From assembly GCA_037447605.1 (NCBI GenBank), contig CM074804.1, positions 2,790,001-2,854,000 of the forward strand: a stretch of 64,000 nucleotides of DNA, given 5' to 3'. The stretch comes from Zygnema circumcarinatum SAG 698-1b. Lineage: Eukaryota > Plantae > Zygnematophyceae. Made by a program: the position numbers and the translations under genes. Shown here piece by piece: positions 43,658 through 56,750 of the stretch. Position 1 is the stretch's first letter, and each line of letters begins with the position of its first letter. Under the pieces are notes generated by a model. It searched no databases. It worked only from the letters and a program-made list of their open reading frames with translations, and had not been told where the DNA came from.

Positions 43658-45719
43658 CGAGAGAGAGAGAAAAAAGAGAGAAGAAAAGAGAGAAAACGAG
43701 AGAGAGGAGAGAGAGCGAGAGAGAGAAAAAGCGAGAGAAAGAGAGCGATTTACCCTTGATGTCATCGCGGCCCTTCACTGGACGCGCATTTTTCTGAAGC
43801 TGCTCCACAAGTGCTGCCACCGTCTTGTCAATTCCCTTCTTCAAAGACACGGGGTTCGTGCCTGCAGTCACATTCATAAGTCCCAGTTTGATCATTTCAC
43901 GGGCCAGAACCGAAGCTGTCGTAGTTCCATCACCAGCAGAATCGTTTGTCTTGCTCGCAACCTGCACTCGCATAATCATAAAAATAGTTTAGAGAGATGA
44001 GAATATGCAAGAGAGCATGTTTCTTTCAAAATAGGAAAGAACAGAGTTATGTAAGGGGATAGGTTTGCTTCATAATTGGAAAAGACGAGAATCTGCCGGA
44101 GGAATGTTCCGAGAGAGAGAGAGAGCGAGAGAACGAGAGAGGGAAAGAGTAGGAGAGAGAGGGAGAGAGGTAGATAGGTACCTCACGAATCAAAGCGGCT
44201 CCTGCATTTTCCATGGGATCCCTCAGTTCGATGGCCCTCGCAATAGTGACTCCGTCGTTGATCACTTTCGGGGCACCAAACTCATCCAAAACAACATTGC
44301 GGCCTGAAGAAAAAACAATGAGAGGATGAGAGAAAGAACGAGAAACCTCACGCACATCATCATACACAAACGAGTCAGTTCAAGCAACTTCAATAAATCA
44401 ATCTCAATAGAAACTTGCAAACCCCTAAAAACTGCTCGAAAGCAATAGTTCTACATCATTTGCTTGTTAGGAGCCGCTTAAAACAAAAGGGAGCAAAACT
44501 AACGTACCACGGGGACCAAGAGTGACGCCCACTGCGTCAGCTAATTTGTCAATTCCGGCGAGCATGGCGGACCGTGAGTCCTGGTCAAACCAAATTTCTT
44601 TCGCCTCCGCGCGAACTCCAACTGAAAACTTTGGGGCCTGGCCGGCCCTCTGCTGCCTGCCAGCTGGCAGCTGGCGGACAAGCGCATTTCGGCCCTGGGA
44701 GTAGCCAGAAACTGCGTTCGACCCCTTCAGCTGCCCAGACAAATACAGCAAACAAAAAATGATGATGTGATGGGAAAATGCTGTGCAAAAGAATAAACAG
44801 ATCTGAGGAAGACTTTAAAAACTCAGAGATAAGTACTTCATAAGGCTACCACATGAATACGACTATCGCTCTAATGAAACGACCACAACCTCTAGCTTTT
44901 ACCCAGCTCTCCATCCGTTCCTCTTCCTCTCCCTCTCCCACTTCCTTCCCCGCCCCTACTCCCATCGCCTTCATCTCTCCCTCTCCCACGCTTCTCCTCC
45001 AATGGCTCTCTCTCCGCAATCCCATCATACCTTCCATTATCTCACACTCTAAACCTACCCCGACACTCCCGTCATCCCTCTCCATTCACCTCTTAACTCT
45101 CTCTCTATCTCTCCCCTCCCCCCCCCTCTCACTCTCTTCATCAACAGCCTTCCCTTACACCCTCTTCCCTCTCTCGCCCTCCCTCTTTCCTCAATGCCCC
45201 ATTTCACCCGCTTTCTCCTTCCACTCTCTTTCTCCCCCTTTCCTCATGATTTTCAGTCTCCCCTCCCTCCCCCTCCACCCGCCTCCCTCTTTCCTCTCTC
45301 CTCTCCCGCGCTCTCCCTCTCCCTCGCCCCCCCCCCCCCCATCATATTATCGATTCGGTCTCTTCCATACTTTAGTAGCAGTGAATTATCATTCACTCTA
45401 AGCAGCATTCATACTCACACTAAGAACCTGTGATTATTAAGGGTGTGATTATTTACAAACAAAAGGCGGAAAAAAACTTAGAAAACGAAAAAGTTAAGCT
45501 CTAATCATCCGCCACCTCCCCCACTTCCCCCTATTCCAACGCCCCAAGTGCCAAAAAATACGGTGCCCACTATTCATATTCGAAAGCCAAAAATTGGACA
45601 GAATTAACCCATAACATAAATAGAAAAACGATCCGCACGAACTGCATTCTCACCTTCAAGCCCAAAGCGGCATCAGCGGAGCCGAGAGCGGCAGACGTCA
45701 ACGACTGCGCGAAAGCCAT
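40336..45719 (-). CDS. CPN60A: Plastid chaperonin 60 alpha subunit
   Basis: Transit peptide; [20 protein letters not shown]; [15 protein letters not shown]; [19 protein letters not shown]; [20 protein letters not shown]; [33 protein letters not shown]; [23 protein letters not shown] (alpha-type C-terminus). Confidence 0.96.
42670..43025. mobile_element. Palindromic MITE-like insert in a CPN60A intron
   Basis: Perfect inverted repeat GCCGAATTGGAGCCA (42813-42827) / TGGCTCCAATTCGGC (42857-42871), with AGGCTCGTGTC/GACACGAGCCT further out. GGCTCG motifs dominate the left half and CGAGCC the right. No TSD was found. Confidence 0.6.
43545..43745. repeat. (AG)n and degenerate AG tract in a CPN60A intron
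   Basis: Direct reading. Confidence 0.95.
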
Positions 45720-46499
45720 TGCAAACGAACCCTAACTCGCTTCCTTGGCGTAAGAAAACCTTAAAATTCTCCCTTTCTTCTTCCTGGATCAACACTCTCC
45801 GCCTTCAAAGACGATGAAACTCGAAAATATCGAAGATATAGCACAATAGTGCGCTACAATTCCCTTAGTGTAGAAAAGTGCAAGGCGCTTCTAAACCCCC
45901 GTGCTTTAGGCTCAGGAAGGAAACGAGTGGAGGGGCGGAGGGGAAAAGGAGGCGCGCAGGGGCGTCTAGAAGCTCCAGGACTCGCAGGGAGGTATGAACG
46001 TGGCGGATCGGACGGCAGATAAGCGAGCACTCGCCAAGAAGCGCGGGAGATCGACGGCGCGCAGGAAAGCGAGCGGGTTTATCCGGAAGGCGGGGAGGGG
46101 GCGTGTCGGCGGGAAGGAGCCTTCTAGAAGGGCGCGCGGGCGCGGACAGGAAATATGCCCGTTCACATAGTGTGACACGCTCTGTGTGGTTTGGTGGTGT
46201 GATCGCTTGGGTTCGTGTTGGATGGCTCCATGTGGGTGGTTGGGTTCATGGTTCCTGAGGGAGGGGGGAGGACAATGTCTGACTGCAGAAGGCTTGTTTG
46301 ACATAGTCTAGAACTTAGTTTGAAAAAATCGAGTCAAAGGGACAAGTCGAGAGAATGTGTCGTAAGTTCACTCGGGTGCACTTGCTTTGTGACCTTTTGA
46401 TACATTTGATCAAGTCTATTTTTTTTTTCTTTCCTCCTTTTCCTCTATGAATCGTAACATTATTGGCCAACATTCAAGTCAAACATTGTAGCAAGATGA

Positions 46500-46654
46500 A
46501 AAATTCAAAAGCTTGTTGAGCTTAGGGGTAGCTTTCCGCTCCTAGCTTTTTTCTTTTGTCCTTAGTTCCTTTGCGCCCAGTTCTTCGTGGTTCCCCATAG
46601 TGATTTTGTCCATGTACATTTGATGGCCTCGCCATCGTGAGATCAATGCCACTT
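46500..46654 (-). repeat. Dispersed intergenic repeat, copy 3
   Basis: Reverse complement reads GTGGCATTGATCTCACGATGGCGAGGCCATCAAATGTACATGGACAAAATCACTATGGGGAACCACGAAGAACTGG. Confidence 0.8.
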
Positions 46655-47257
46655 CCATTCAGTTCTTGTCAAGCCAATGCATAAGGAGGTTACTAATGCA
46701 TGTGTAGGACCCATCCCATTCCTCTTGTGAACTAGACATGCATGACATTGTACGTTCAACTCATGCACCAGTTTCTCGCCGCCGCGACCCTCGTTGCACG
46801 AGCGTATCGGCAGTCCACGCGATACCGCCATTTGAGATATCGATCGATATGCATCGAGTATTGCTAGTATCGCCTTTATGCATGCCTACGCCTTGCCCCA
46901 TGCCACTCTCCAACATACACATACATGCGAATTGAAGACCGATGCTGTAATTATTTTCGGTCACCGCAGCTTTTACATTGCTGCCCGAAGTGAGTTTCAC
47001 GTTAAACCGCCAATCCACGGACGCGCTCCTCACCGTCGATTTTTTACCGTTCCGCGGAACGTCCAACTTTGGAAACGTCTCCGCCGTCGATCAAAGGGCT
47101 GGCGGCAAATTAAGGTGATATTTTCACCGTATTCTTGGCTCCGTTCCGCGGAACGGCTAGGGTTCTGTCCGAGTATATAGGGGGGCCCCTCCACCTTCCT
47201 GACCCTCTTTTCGCGCCTCCTGCAGCCCTTGTGCAGGAGCTTTTGCATTCCGCCACC

Positions 47258-48489
47258 ATGGTACGCCGCTTGCTTTCATATCATGTGTTTTGTCAGTAAG
47301 ATAGTGTCATGCTACATATATTTACGGTTAATTATGACACATTTTGGCAATGGGAAGTGGGTTTTAGGTTAAGTGGATGCTTCCGCACGTTTGCAGTTTT
47401 AGGGTTTGAAGTCATGCAGGAGTGGAATCGGAGAAGGTTTAGAGCTGAGACTGTTTTGCCACGTGGGTTTTTTGTGGCGAATTGAAATGGGGGACGTTTG
47501 CATCGCCTATTTAGGGTTTCGAGTCACGGTTCTGAGTGGCTTTGGGCTGGATGTGAGGGACTTTCTGGTAGTGAAGCTTATGGAGCAGAATATTAGGGCA
47601 ATAGGTCATCAAGCCGACTCAGATGCATTCATGCAGTGGTCACAACTTCCCGTGCTTTTTCTGATTTTTCTTTTCTGTTTTTGTGCTGAATTTGTACTGT
47701 GGCAGGTGCTCTCAAACGATATTGACTTGCTCCACCCCCCTGCTGACTACGAAAAGAGAAAGCATAAGTTGAAGAGACTTGTGCAGTCTCCCAACAGCTT
47801 CTTCATGGTAGGGTTTCCCAAACATCTTTCAAGAACCACAATTGCCGGTTTATCAACCTAGTTTCAATATTTGTTAGAATTTCACTGTCCCGAAGGCCAA
47901 GCTCAGGGTTTGAATGTGACCCTCGGTATTTGTTGGCTTCCGGACGAAGACCTGCTTAATTTAGCTGTGAAATGCTATGCATGTCTCATGTTTGCTAGTT
48001 ATTTAAGTTGATGTGAGGGGATCGGTGCGTGTCCTGCAGGATGTGAAGTGCCAGGGCTGCTTCAACATGTAAGCCCCTTCCTCCCATCCTCCCTGCCTTC
48101 TTTCTCCCTGCCTTTTCTCCCCTCTTCTCTTTTCCTTTTTCCGATTGTTATCTAGATTGACTTAGAGAATCGGGAACTAATTGGTAGTAGAAATTCTTTT
48201 CAATTCAAGGATTTGCGGAATTTATTACGTACTTTCTCTCTCTTTTATCTTGCACCTTAATTCATTTCTGGACATAAAGCTTCGTCTTTCGACGACATGC
48301 ACTGTATGCTACGCGGCTAACACATGTTGTTTTATGCTGTCCTCCAATGTTTTTCGTTACAGTACAACTGTGTTCAGTCACTCGCAAACGGTGGTTCTCT
48401 GCGGGAGCTGTTCCGCGGTGCTCTGTCAGCCCACTGGGGGACGGGCCCGCCTCACAGAAGGCTGCTCCTTTAGGAGGAAGGGCGACTAG
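47258..48489 (+). CDS. RPS27: 40S ribosomal protein S27 (eS27), 4 exons
   Basis: ATG|[34 protein letters not shown]|[10 protein letters not shown]|[41 protein letters not shown]. Confidence 0.98.
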
Positions 48490-50476
48490 AGCTCAGTCAT
48501 GTAGCTGCAGGAGCTACATCATGTGATAATGATGATGAAGATGAGGATGCAGATTTTTTGGCTCGGGCAGGAGGAACATACAGCAGGCTAGGAGCAGGGG
48601 GCAGGAAAAATGCTTCATTGCGACGACTAGCTGGGCTGCTTGTCAAAGGTTTACGACGATTATTGAGAAGGAAAAGCGTCGAGATCAGGAGAGAAGAGAA
48701 CAGAGCACATGGGATGATGGATGGCTGTGTCTCCGTGCTTCGTTCTCGCTTCAGTTTCAGTGATTTGTAGAGTTGTAAATGCCTTTGCGATTATCGAGCA
48801 TTTTGGCCACTGAGGTTTCGGAAAGGCCTACAATGAAAGGGGATACGGTTTCTTTTTCTTTCTCTCTGGGATTGGGGGAGGGGAGGGGGACGGGTGGGGG
48901 GGGAGAGTGTGAGGAGGGTTATGTGGTGGGAGCTACCCATTTCATGCAAGGGAAGTGCTGCAGGGGAGTGGGAGGTCTTTTTCTATCGGGGATAGTATAC
49001 AATAAAGGGGCAGTGGGATGTCGAGGGGAAGGGTAGAGGGCACACAAGTGCAGTGAGAGGGAGATAAGGTGTAGCAGCAATAAAGAAAATCAAGTAACCA
49101 TTGACTAGAGACGTAGTTTCTTGGCCTGATCACCTTGTCTCACATGTGAAATGAAAGAAATCAGACATTTGGTTGCTGGAAGAATGGAAATATCTTCATG
49201 AGACAAGGTTACCAGGTCGGCAATGTCGTCTTTAGGAGATGGATGCTGTCTTTAGGGTTGGTGGTAGATGGCTTGCTGGGAGCGCCTCTGGGTATCTGGA
49301 AATTAGTCGCGCCTTAGTCGCATCCTTTTTCCCTTGCAAACTTGTTTTTGGGGTAAGCCTGCCCACTCCACTTGCGATTCTGGTGTCATGGCCTTTACAG
49401 AAAGGTTCACGAACATTGAGAAAACTAGAACCATTACTGGCTTAGCTCTGGCGTGGACCCCACATTCAATGTTCTGCTTTCTTGTATAGTTTTTCAAAGC
49501 CGTGTTTCGAAACTCGCTTTGTTTTGGCTCACACGGACCCCAACCTTCGAAGGATATGACGTCCCACAAGTTAGGCAGCACATGACATTGTCAGATGAAC
49601 AACATGTCAATCTGAGTACCAGTCAGTTCAGTATCTGTAAATGTCGGAGTATTGCATAACTTGTGAATGTCGAAATCTAACATTACGGTCGACCCATGAA
49701 TCGTTAAAAGTGTGGCTCTGGCTTCGAAAGTTGGAAAGGGTCGGCAATGCCATGGACAAAAATCCACGAAATGTTCATTCTTAAAGTAGGGCAGATAATT
49801 CCTTGTGAAGCTTTGGTTGTTATACTTTTGTTTGACTAAACCCAGCAGGAACAAGAATCTCGCGTCATCAGAATGGCACTGCGAGTGTCCTCCAAGACAA
49901 CAGTGATGAACCAAACACAAGTCATTTGTCAATGGTTTCCAACAAGTCATTTTGCGAAGTACTGGACTTTTGATGGGCCAATTTACCGAGGGAACTTGGC
50001 GCCAAAAAGGAGCTGAAAAAAGTTCTGAAGTTTGACATTGCAGCTCCTGCACTTTACAATATTTCAACAGCATTACAGTACTCGACCGCGTGGCTGTGCA
50101 CACACTGGATATCGAATCGGAAACTTCTGAACCTGAACCTTCTGTTCGGACCTGCCTGTCTCTTGCGCGATGCAGCTTTTAAAAACGATAAAAATACTTT
50201 TATAGCACACTAAACACTTTACACGGCCTGATTTGAAGATTCATCTGAAGCTCTCACATACAAAACTTTCATTTCCTAGCCTATCAGTGTTGATGTTGTG
50301 GGACACCGTTCCGCAATTTTAGGGTTAATAACGGGCAGATTTCAGGCAATTTTTCTGCAACTTCGGCCCCTCATTTACTCCCATGAGAGTTTATTCTGCA
50401 GTTGAAAAAAACCCACTATCTGGTGATGCACTAATTTGAAATAAAGTGAGATGGTTCTTACCTCATGACCTAATCC

Positions 50477-52064
50477 ATGGCGGCAGAAGCAGACCGCTGC
50501 TACTCTGCAGTTCCGCCTCCAGGGTCTGCAGCTCCTGCAGAGAGTGGGAGAGAGAGAGAGGAGGCAGGGGGAGGAGGAGGGAGCGGAGGATTAGTTCGCT
50601 CCGATCAGTTGAAAAAGTTTCAGGTTTGGAGAAGGAAGATTTTTCTTGGATGCTGAAGTGGGAGGGAGAGGGAAAGGGATTGCGAGAGAAGAGAGAAGGA
50701 GAGAGAATGTATACGTATGCTATTGAAACAGTCCTGAAGATGAATCCCATCGTGCATACTCATCGCATGACGTAGATGAGCGAAATATGGGCAGCGAACT
50801 CTCATTTTTTTACTCCTGAAGAATTTGTTTGCATATGCAAATTCCTTTTCCTCTGTATCTTTAATTTTGAATTCCACACAGGAGCTACAAGCTCGGAGAT
50901 TGCAAATCCAGCGAACATTTTCGGGCCGCAGAGTGAAGCGTCTGGTGACTCAAGCTGTGGAAGCAGGTTAGAACTTTCCGAACCCTAATTTTCTATTTCT
51001 GGGTTTAGTTGTTTGCGTCTCCGCATAACAGGGACCAATATTGTGTGCACCCTATGCAGGTTATGTTATCGGAGGGCCTAAATTTGAGAATATGATAGTC
51101 CGATAACAGGAGAAGAAAATGTTGAGTCTCAACAACAAGTCGTGGGGTCGTTTTCTTTTTGCAGCTGAAAATGCCCTTCAAGAACCGGATCAGGTATTTG
51201 AGAGAAGTCCAGAAACAGTAAGAGAAGCCAGCGCAAGGAAAGAGAAGAAGTCCGAGATGCTCAAGCTTACATCTCGAAACGAAGAAATATTGAACGTCAT
51301 GAAAGACGACGCTCGTTTCGATGAAGTACCCTCGGATGTTTTGCAGCGGAAGGTGCACTTTTTTTCTGAACCTGGAGACCAAATTTGACGTTGGCCGCGG
51401 GTGCTGATCTTCTCATTTACATTGTTCGCTTCGTCTCTCATTCTCATCCTGTTGATCCTTTCGAGCTTACCTTCGTCTTGTTCAACTTGCCCATCTTGCA
51501 GATCTTTTCGTTGCTGCAATGATCTAAGTTTCCCCATTTCTGCTCTTGTTTGAAGCGCAGAGCAAAACGGAGCAAGCTTTGGACGAAGCTGTGAAGGCCG
51601 GACGCTACACGGAAGCGCAACAGCTGAGTGAAAAAATGAGCGAGGAGAGCCTGCAGCAGAAAATGGAAGGACTTTCAAAGAGGGCCCGCGAGATAGACCG
51701 AGCAAAGGTGTGCGCGCATCTGTTCACCAGATGCTTCCACTTGCCGATACAAGGCCTCACCCTTCTTCCTTTTCCTTCATTAGCAAAGCTTCGTGGAATG
51801 CTTTGCTTTGTGCTTTGAGCATTCATTTTAACCTTTTCACCTTTTCTGTTGCGGTGTAGGAGGAGGCCTCATTCAAATCAAGGAAAACGAAGAAACTGCA
51901 TTGGGGGTTAGTGCTGTTCGCCTTCCTTCCCCACATGCTTATTTTCTTGCGACGCTTTTCGAATATTAGCTATGACACTCAATGTAGGCATTTTGTAAAC
52001 CTCTTTTAGTTCTTTTTGCAGGTTGGGCATTCGGGAAAGGTGGGAGCGGAAGGGTAACATGTGA
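50477..52064 (+). CDS. FAM204A: FAM204A-like protein, 6 exons
   Basis: Manually spliced. It contains ALDEAVKAGRYTEAQQLSEKM and ends KKLHWGLGIRERWERKGNM*, which resembles the FAM204A C-terminus. Confidence 0.7.
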
Positions 52065-52339
52065 CAGTCAACTCACTCAACCCATGATGTCAACTTTTTG
52101 GTGGAGGGTTTATGGTTTTAGGGACCCCTTACAGAAGTCATGGACTGTACCATGACACCATGACAGCATTGACATTGATTTGATCCATATATCATGTAAA
52201 CGCGTCGTTCAGTTGGACTGTAAACGGAACGGCGCGCTCATGTAGTTGAAAAATTGTCATGTCATGCATGTTGGCAAGGCGAGAGCACTGTATCTGCGAT
52301 ACGATATATATCATTAGGTTCGATACGACACTGTTGCAG

Positions 52340-52770
52340 GCCGCTCGTGTGACGTTGACCAATGGCGTACGGCTTTAAAGTTCGTTGGTTAATCCGCGCC
52401 CTGATTGGCCCGCTCTGTGAGGCTCCTTATCGAGCCACATGGCAACATACTATTCGTCCACGTGACTGTTCCATGTACTTCAACAGCCGGCTTAACAAAA
52501 TATCTGTCGTCCACGCAACAACAGCATAGAGACCGAACCTCGACACCGACGTTAAGGTCTATTATCTTGATGTCCCAACCTAGTCCGAACCAAATCATCC
52601 CAATCAGATGGCTCCTCCAAGCTTCGGCCCGAGCCTAAGTGGATTGAAAAATCAAGAGTTGGACCAATGAAGCTGAACTCCTTCCTTCCGTACGGAATGT
52701 CTTGAACAGGAGGTGGATCCGCAGTGTGAACGTGGATCAAGCTTTTTCAAGGCCCCAGTATATAGCCCTG
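52340..52770 (+). promoter_or_regulatory. Probable CRF promoter: several CCAAT/ATTGG boxes and a TATA-like TATATAG at ~52760
   Basis: Motifs read directly. A donor (aag|gtacgg, ~52897) and an acceptor (tgcag, ~53602) bracket a 5'UTR intron. Confidence 0.5.
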
Positions 52771-53620
52771 CCCCGCCCTTGGGTGGCTCTCTTTGGCAAC
52801 CAGGGTGCCTCCGGCCCCTGCAGGCCCAGCTCCGCTGGGAGGGCCACTTTCCAGCTGCCACGTGGCAGCTTCTATTGGTGGGGTTTCTGCGCAAGGTACG
52901 GATTGCAGAATTGCCAGGGTTTTGGAATGCAGGCAGAGGGCTTTGGGGCATCACGGGTTGTGTTGATGTGAAGGTCAGGGGTAGACAAAGGAATGATTCA
53001 ATTAGGTTTAGGAGTATGGTAGGGGTGGAGCGCGGGTGTATTGGGGGTAGAGCTAGCGAGAGAGAGAAGAGGAGAAGAGGGAGAAGGAGAGAGGGAAGGA
53101 GGGGAGAGGAGCAGGACGGAGATGGGGGTAAGGCGTTGGAGTATCTGTTGGGTTAGATGGGCATGGGCAGAGGTGGAAGTAGAGGTAGAGGTAGGTGTAA
53201 GGTAGAGGTAGAGGGGCGGGTTAGGGTTAGGGGTAGGGATAGAGTTCCTCAGTTGAAGACTGCATGTGTGATTGAACATGTGTGATTGAATATATGGCAC
53301 AGAAAAACTCTGAATTAGTGCCTGTTTCTACTCTAATGTTCTAGCACATGGGTCGATTGGAATACCTTTCTATGCCTTCTATTCTCGCGAATGCTGAAGT
53401 CCTTCCACCATGCTTCACAACAACAGCATTGCTAATCTTTGAATTGAATCGAATTTGTGGTCAGGCACATGTTCGATCAAACATTGTACTCTTGTCTTAT
53501 GAAAATCTAACACTTTCTTCATATGGATTTTCCCTCATATCCTATGAGAGTCCAATATTTCTTTCTCATGGGTCTCTCTTCTTTCATCTTGTTTGGGTGC
53601 AGTTTGGACTTGGCAGAGTG

Positions 53621-54943
53621 ATGGGGCTGCAGGAATGGCAGTCCTTTTTGCCGTCTGATGAGGAGGCGGTGGCCTCTCAAGCGAAGAAGGAGAAGGCTCT
53701 CCCACCTCCTCTCCCGCTGTCGGGAATAAAAATAGCTATTAGGGCGGGAAGGGCAGTTCTACTCAACACTGACCCGGACGCAACGGATGATTCTTCTGAC
53801 GACGAAGAAATGATTCACAACGGAAAAAGGGCCTCTCAACGGCGCCGGTTGACATGTAATCAAGGCTTGAAACCGTTAGGGTTACTGGCTCAGAAAAAAG
53901 CAGCAGCTTTTGCTGTGATGGAAAAATTGCAGAAACGAAATGGAGATGAAACGGATGCAGCAGCAGCCGCTCTGGAAGGCGAGGAAATCCCTGCACTGTT
54001 TAACGGAGGAGAAAATAAGGAGCATCAGTTCGGTGGTTTCTTCGCAGCTTCAGTAGAAAGGAACGCGGCAGAAACCCTCGGATGGGCTTCAGCAGGACTT
54101 CCAAATTCCATGCACTGTCTTGCAGAACAGGGTTTGGGAAAGTCTGTTGAAAAGGTTTCGGGAATTGTCGAGGACAGCGAGAGAGGAGTCGGAGGTAAGG
54201 AGCAGGGGAAGGGAGGCAAAGTTGGAGGGAAGGAACCACGAGGAACAACGCGCATGTATCGAGGAGTAAGGCAGAGGCCGTGGGGAAAGTGGGCAGCGGA
54301 AATTAGAGACCCTATGAGAGGAATTCGCATTTGGCTCGGAACTTATGACAGTGCAGAGAGGGCGGCTCGTTCATACGATGCGGCTGCCCGGGCTATCAGA
54401 GGACCGCATGCTCGGACAAATTTTCCGGACGAGGGAGTTTCTGTGGATGGAAATGTGTATGAGGGCGGAGGAGGAGTAGTGCTGAGTGAGGGCGTCAACA
54501 ATGCAAGTGATGGAGACGCCTTTCTGGCTTCGCTGAATTCTTCCAGGAAGAGGCAAAGACGGAGCCCGCAGAAACAGAAGAAGGCCGGTGGAAGTTTTAG
54601 CAAGCTAGAGGTGGAGAAGGTGGAGATTGAGGTGGTGAAGGAGAGGGAGAGGGAGAGCGTACAGGATGTAAGTGAGAAATCGGTGTTTTCGGAATGTGGC
54701 GTCTCTAGCTTGTCGGAGGAGTGGGAGGAGTGCCAGAGCTTGTCTGAGGAGGGACCCCTCTGGGAACTTCCGAGCAGTGAAGAGTTTGGGGAACTGATGC
54801 AATGTGAGATGTCAAGCGATCTTTTCCGCATGCTTCCGGAGGAGGATGAGAGCTGCCTCGGATTCATGGCGGAAATCGACGACATGCTGCTTCTCGACGG
54901 CTGCGGTGAAGACTTTTCGGATATTCCATCGAAGTTCTTCTGA
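53621..54943 (+). CDS. CRF: AP2/ERF factor with an N-terminal CRF-type motif; single coding exon after a 5'UTR intron
   Basis: [21 protein letters not shown] plus the AP2 domain [52 protein letters not shown], and an acidic C-terminus. Confidence 0.85.
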   Translation: MGLQEWQSFLPSDEEAVASQAKKEKALPPPLPLSGIKIAIRAGRAVLLNTDPDATDDSSDDEEMIHNGKRASQRRRLTCNQGLKPLGLLAQKKAAAFAVMEKLQKRNGDETDAAAAALEGEEIPALFNGGENKEHQFGGFFAASVERNAAETLGWASAGLPNSMHCLAEQGLGKSVEKVSGIVEDSERGVGGKEQGKGGKVGGKEPRGTTRMYRGVRQRPWGKWAAEIRDPMRGIRIWLGTYDSAERAARSYDAAARAIRGPHARTNFPDEGVSVDGNVYEGGGGVVLSEGVNNASDGDAFLASLNSSRKRQRRSPQKQKKAGGSFSKLEVEKVEIEVVKERERESVQDVSEKSVFSECGVSSLSEEWEECQSLSEEGPLWELPSSEEFGELMQCEMSSDLFRMLPEEDESCLGFMAEIDDMLLLDGCGEDFSDIPSKFF

Positions 54944-56750
54944 GTCAAGGATTTCCAAGTCCCCCTTTGTGAGCTTAAGTTTCCTGTTCAACTTATAATA
55001 AGGTCTGATGTTGTTGCAGTGCATTAGGGTTCAGAAGACGGTGTGGGAGACCTCTCTGTGGAGAGAGGGTGTAAGGGAGAGGCTTTCATTTATGGTCGGT
55101 TGGTCGAACAGGATCTGTAGAAGCAGCTAGGTGGACTATTACTGTATACCAGTTTTGACCGTGGGTGTCGTGACATTTACATTCGTTTCCCTTTGAAACT
55201 GTCACTATTTCATTGATTCTCTTAGAATTAGGGTTCGGTCTTTCAGGGTTCAGGGTCACACTTGCCTTATCAAGCGCTGTACGAGTGCGACAGGTCGTCG
55301 GTCCGTTAAGGTTTAGAGTTCAGGAGTTAGGATTCAGGCGCGCCTTGTTTTAGTGCACCGAGTCCACTTTACAGGAAACTGTCTGCTTGTAGCAGCTAGA
55401 GCCTATGCCTTCTCTTCATTGTGGGAGCAAACGTACCTGGTTTTAAGCCTGTTCTGGATTGTGGTTTGCAATTTTTCGTTTTGACAACTCTTTGTTTGAC
55501 GTCGTTATTTTTTTGTTTGAACTGAGCAAGTATTGTGTAGTATATGCACTTCCGAAAGACCCAAAAACGCACCCTTATGTAATGAAAATGTAAAATGTAA
55601 TGACATTTCCCTTGGCTTGGAGAAGATGTCCATAAATCCAATCCAAGGTTTGAAAATTTGAAAAAGAAATACTTCGATCCAATATTTAATAAGGGAAATG
55701 TCCGTCCAACATTGGTAGGGAGAGGGTGGGGGAAGAAGGGAGGGAAGTAGGGGCAGAAGGGGAGAGGCAGTGGGGTAAAGGAAATATGGGGAAAGGAGGG
55801 AAGCGGGAGGAAGATGGGATGACGGAGAGGAAGGCGGAGAGAGAGAGCGAATTGAGAAGGGAGAGGGAAGAGGGAGAGGGAGGCTAGGGGGGAAAGAAAG
55901 GGGGAGGGGGAAGCGGGGGGGGGGGGGGGNNNNNNNNNNGGGGAAGGGGAGATTGGAGGGGAGGGAGGGGGAGAGGGGGGAGTGGGGAAGGGGGAGGGAG
56001 TAGGGGAGGGCCCCGATGGGGGGGAGGGAGAACGGGAGGGGAGAGAGGGGGAGAGGGGGAAGGGAGATTGGAGGGGAGGGAGGGGGAGATTGGAGGGGAG
56101 GGAGGGGGAGAGGGGGGAGGGAGTGGGGAAGGGGGAGGGAGTGGGGGAGCCCCGATGGGGGGGAGGGAGAGGGGGAGGAGAGAGGGGGGGAGAGAGGGAG
56201 CTAGTTGGAGTGGAGTGGGAAGACGTGTGGCGCGAGGGGGATGGGGGAGGGGCAAGGGGGGAGAAGGGGGAGAAGGGGGAGAAGTGGGGGGGAAGGGGGA
56301 GGGAGGGGGGGGGATATGGGTGAGGGGTAGATGGGAAAGGGGACGGAGGAGAGGGAGAGAGTGTGGGAAGAGGGAGAAAGTGAGGGGGACAAGGGGAGGG
56401 GGAAAAGAGAGAGGTAGAGGGGAAACGGGAGAGAGAGAGTGGAGGGAGGGAGAGGTATAGGATGAGGGAGAGGGAGAGAGGGAGAGCAACTGCAAAGCAT
56501 GCAACGGCGCCCGCACCAGCCACATTTGAACTTGGGGATGAGCTTTTAAAAATGTGACGAAAATTCAGCAATTGCTACTTTACAAACTGTCATGTACAGT
56601 TGTCAGTTGCTCACAACAGCTCAACAATTCTACCGCACCGCAGTCAGAAGCAGCTAAACCACAGTTAATAACAACGCAAAAACTTCAAAAAAGGAGGACC
56701 TGTAATGGCACTTCTGACGAGCGTCCGTCCATCAAAACTGCATGTTCTCC

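Noticed and set aside
49903-50030. Possible C/D snoRNA (GTGATGA ... CTGA)
   Set aside because: No terminal stem or recognisable rRNA antisense element seen
53348-53620. N-terminal extension of the CRF ORF
   Set aside because: It lies in a T-rich intron ending at the tgcag acceptor (~53602); the ATG at 53621 is more plausible
55930-56180. Short tandem duplications next to 10-N gaps (also ~25700-25800)
   Set aside because: Typical of overlapping contig ends joined by a gap; likely assembly artefacts
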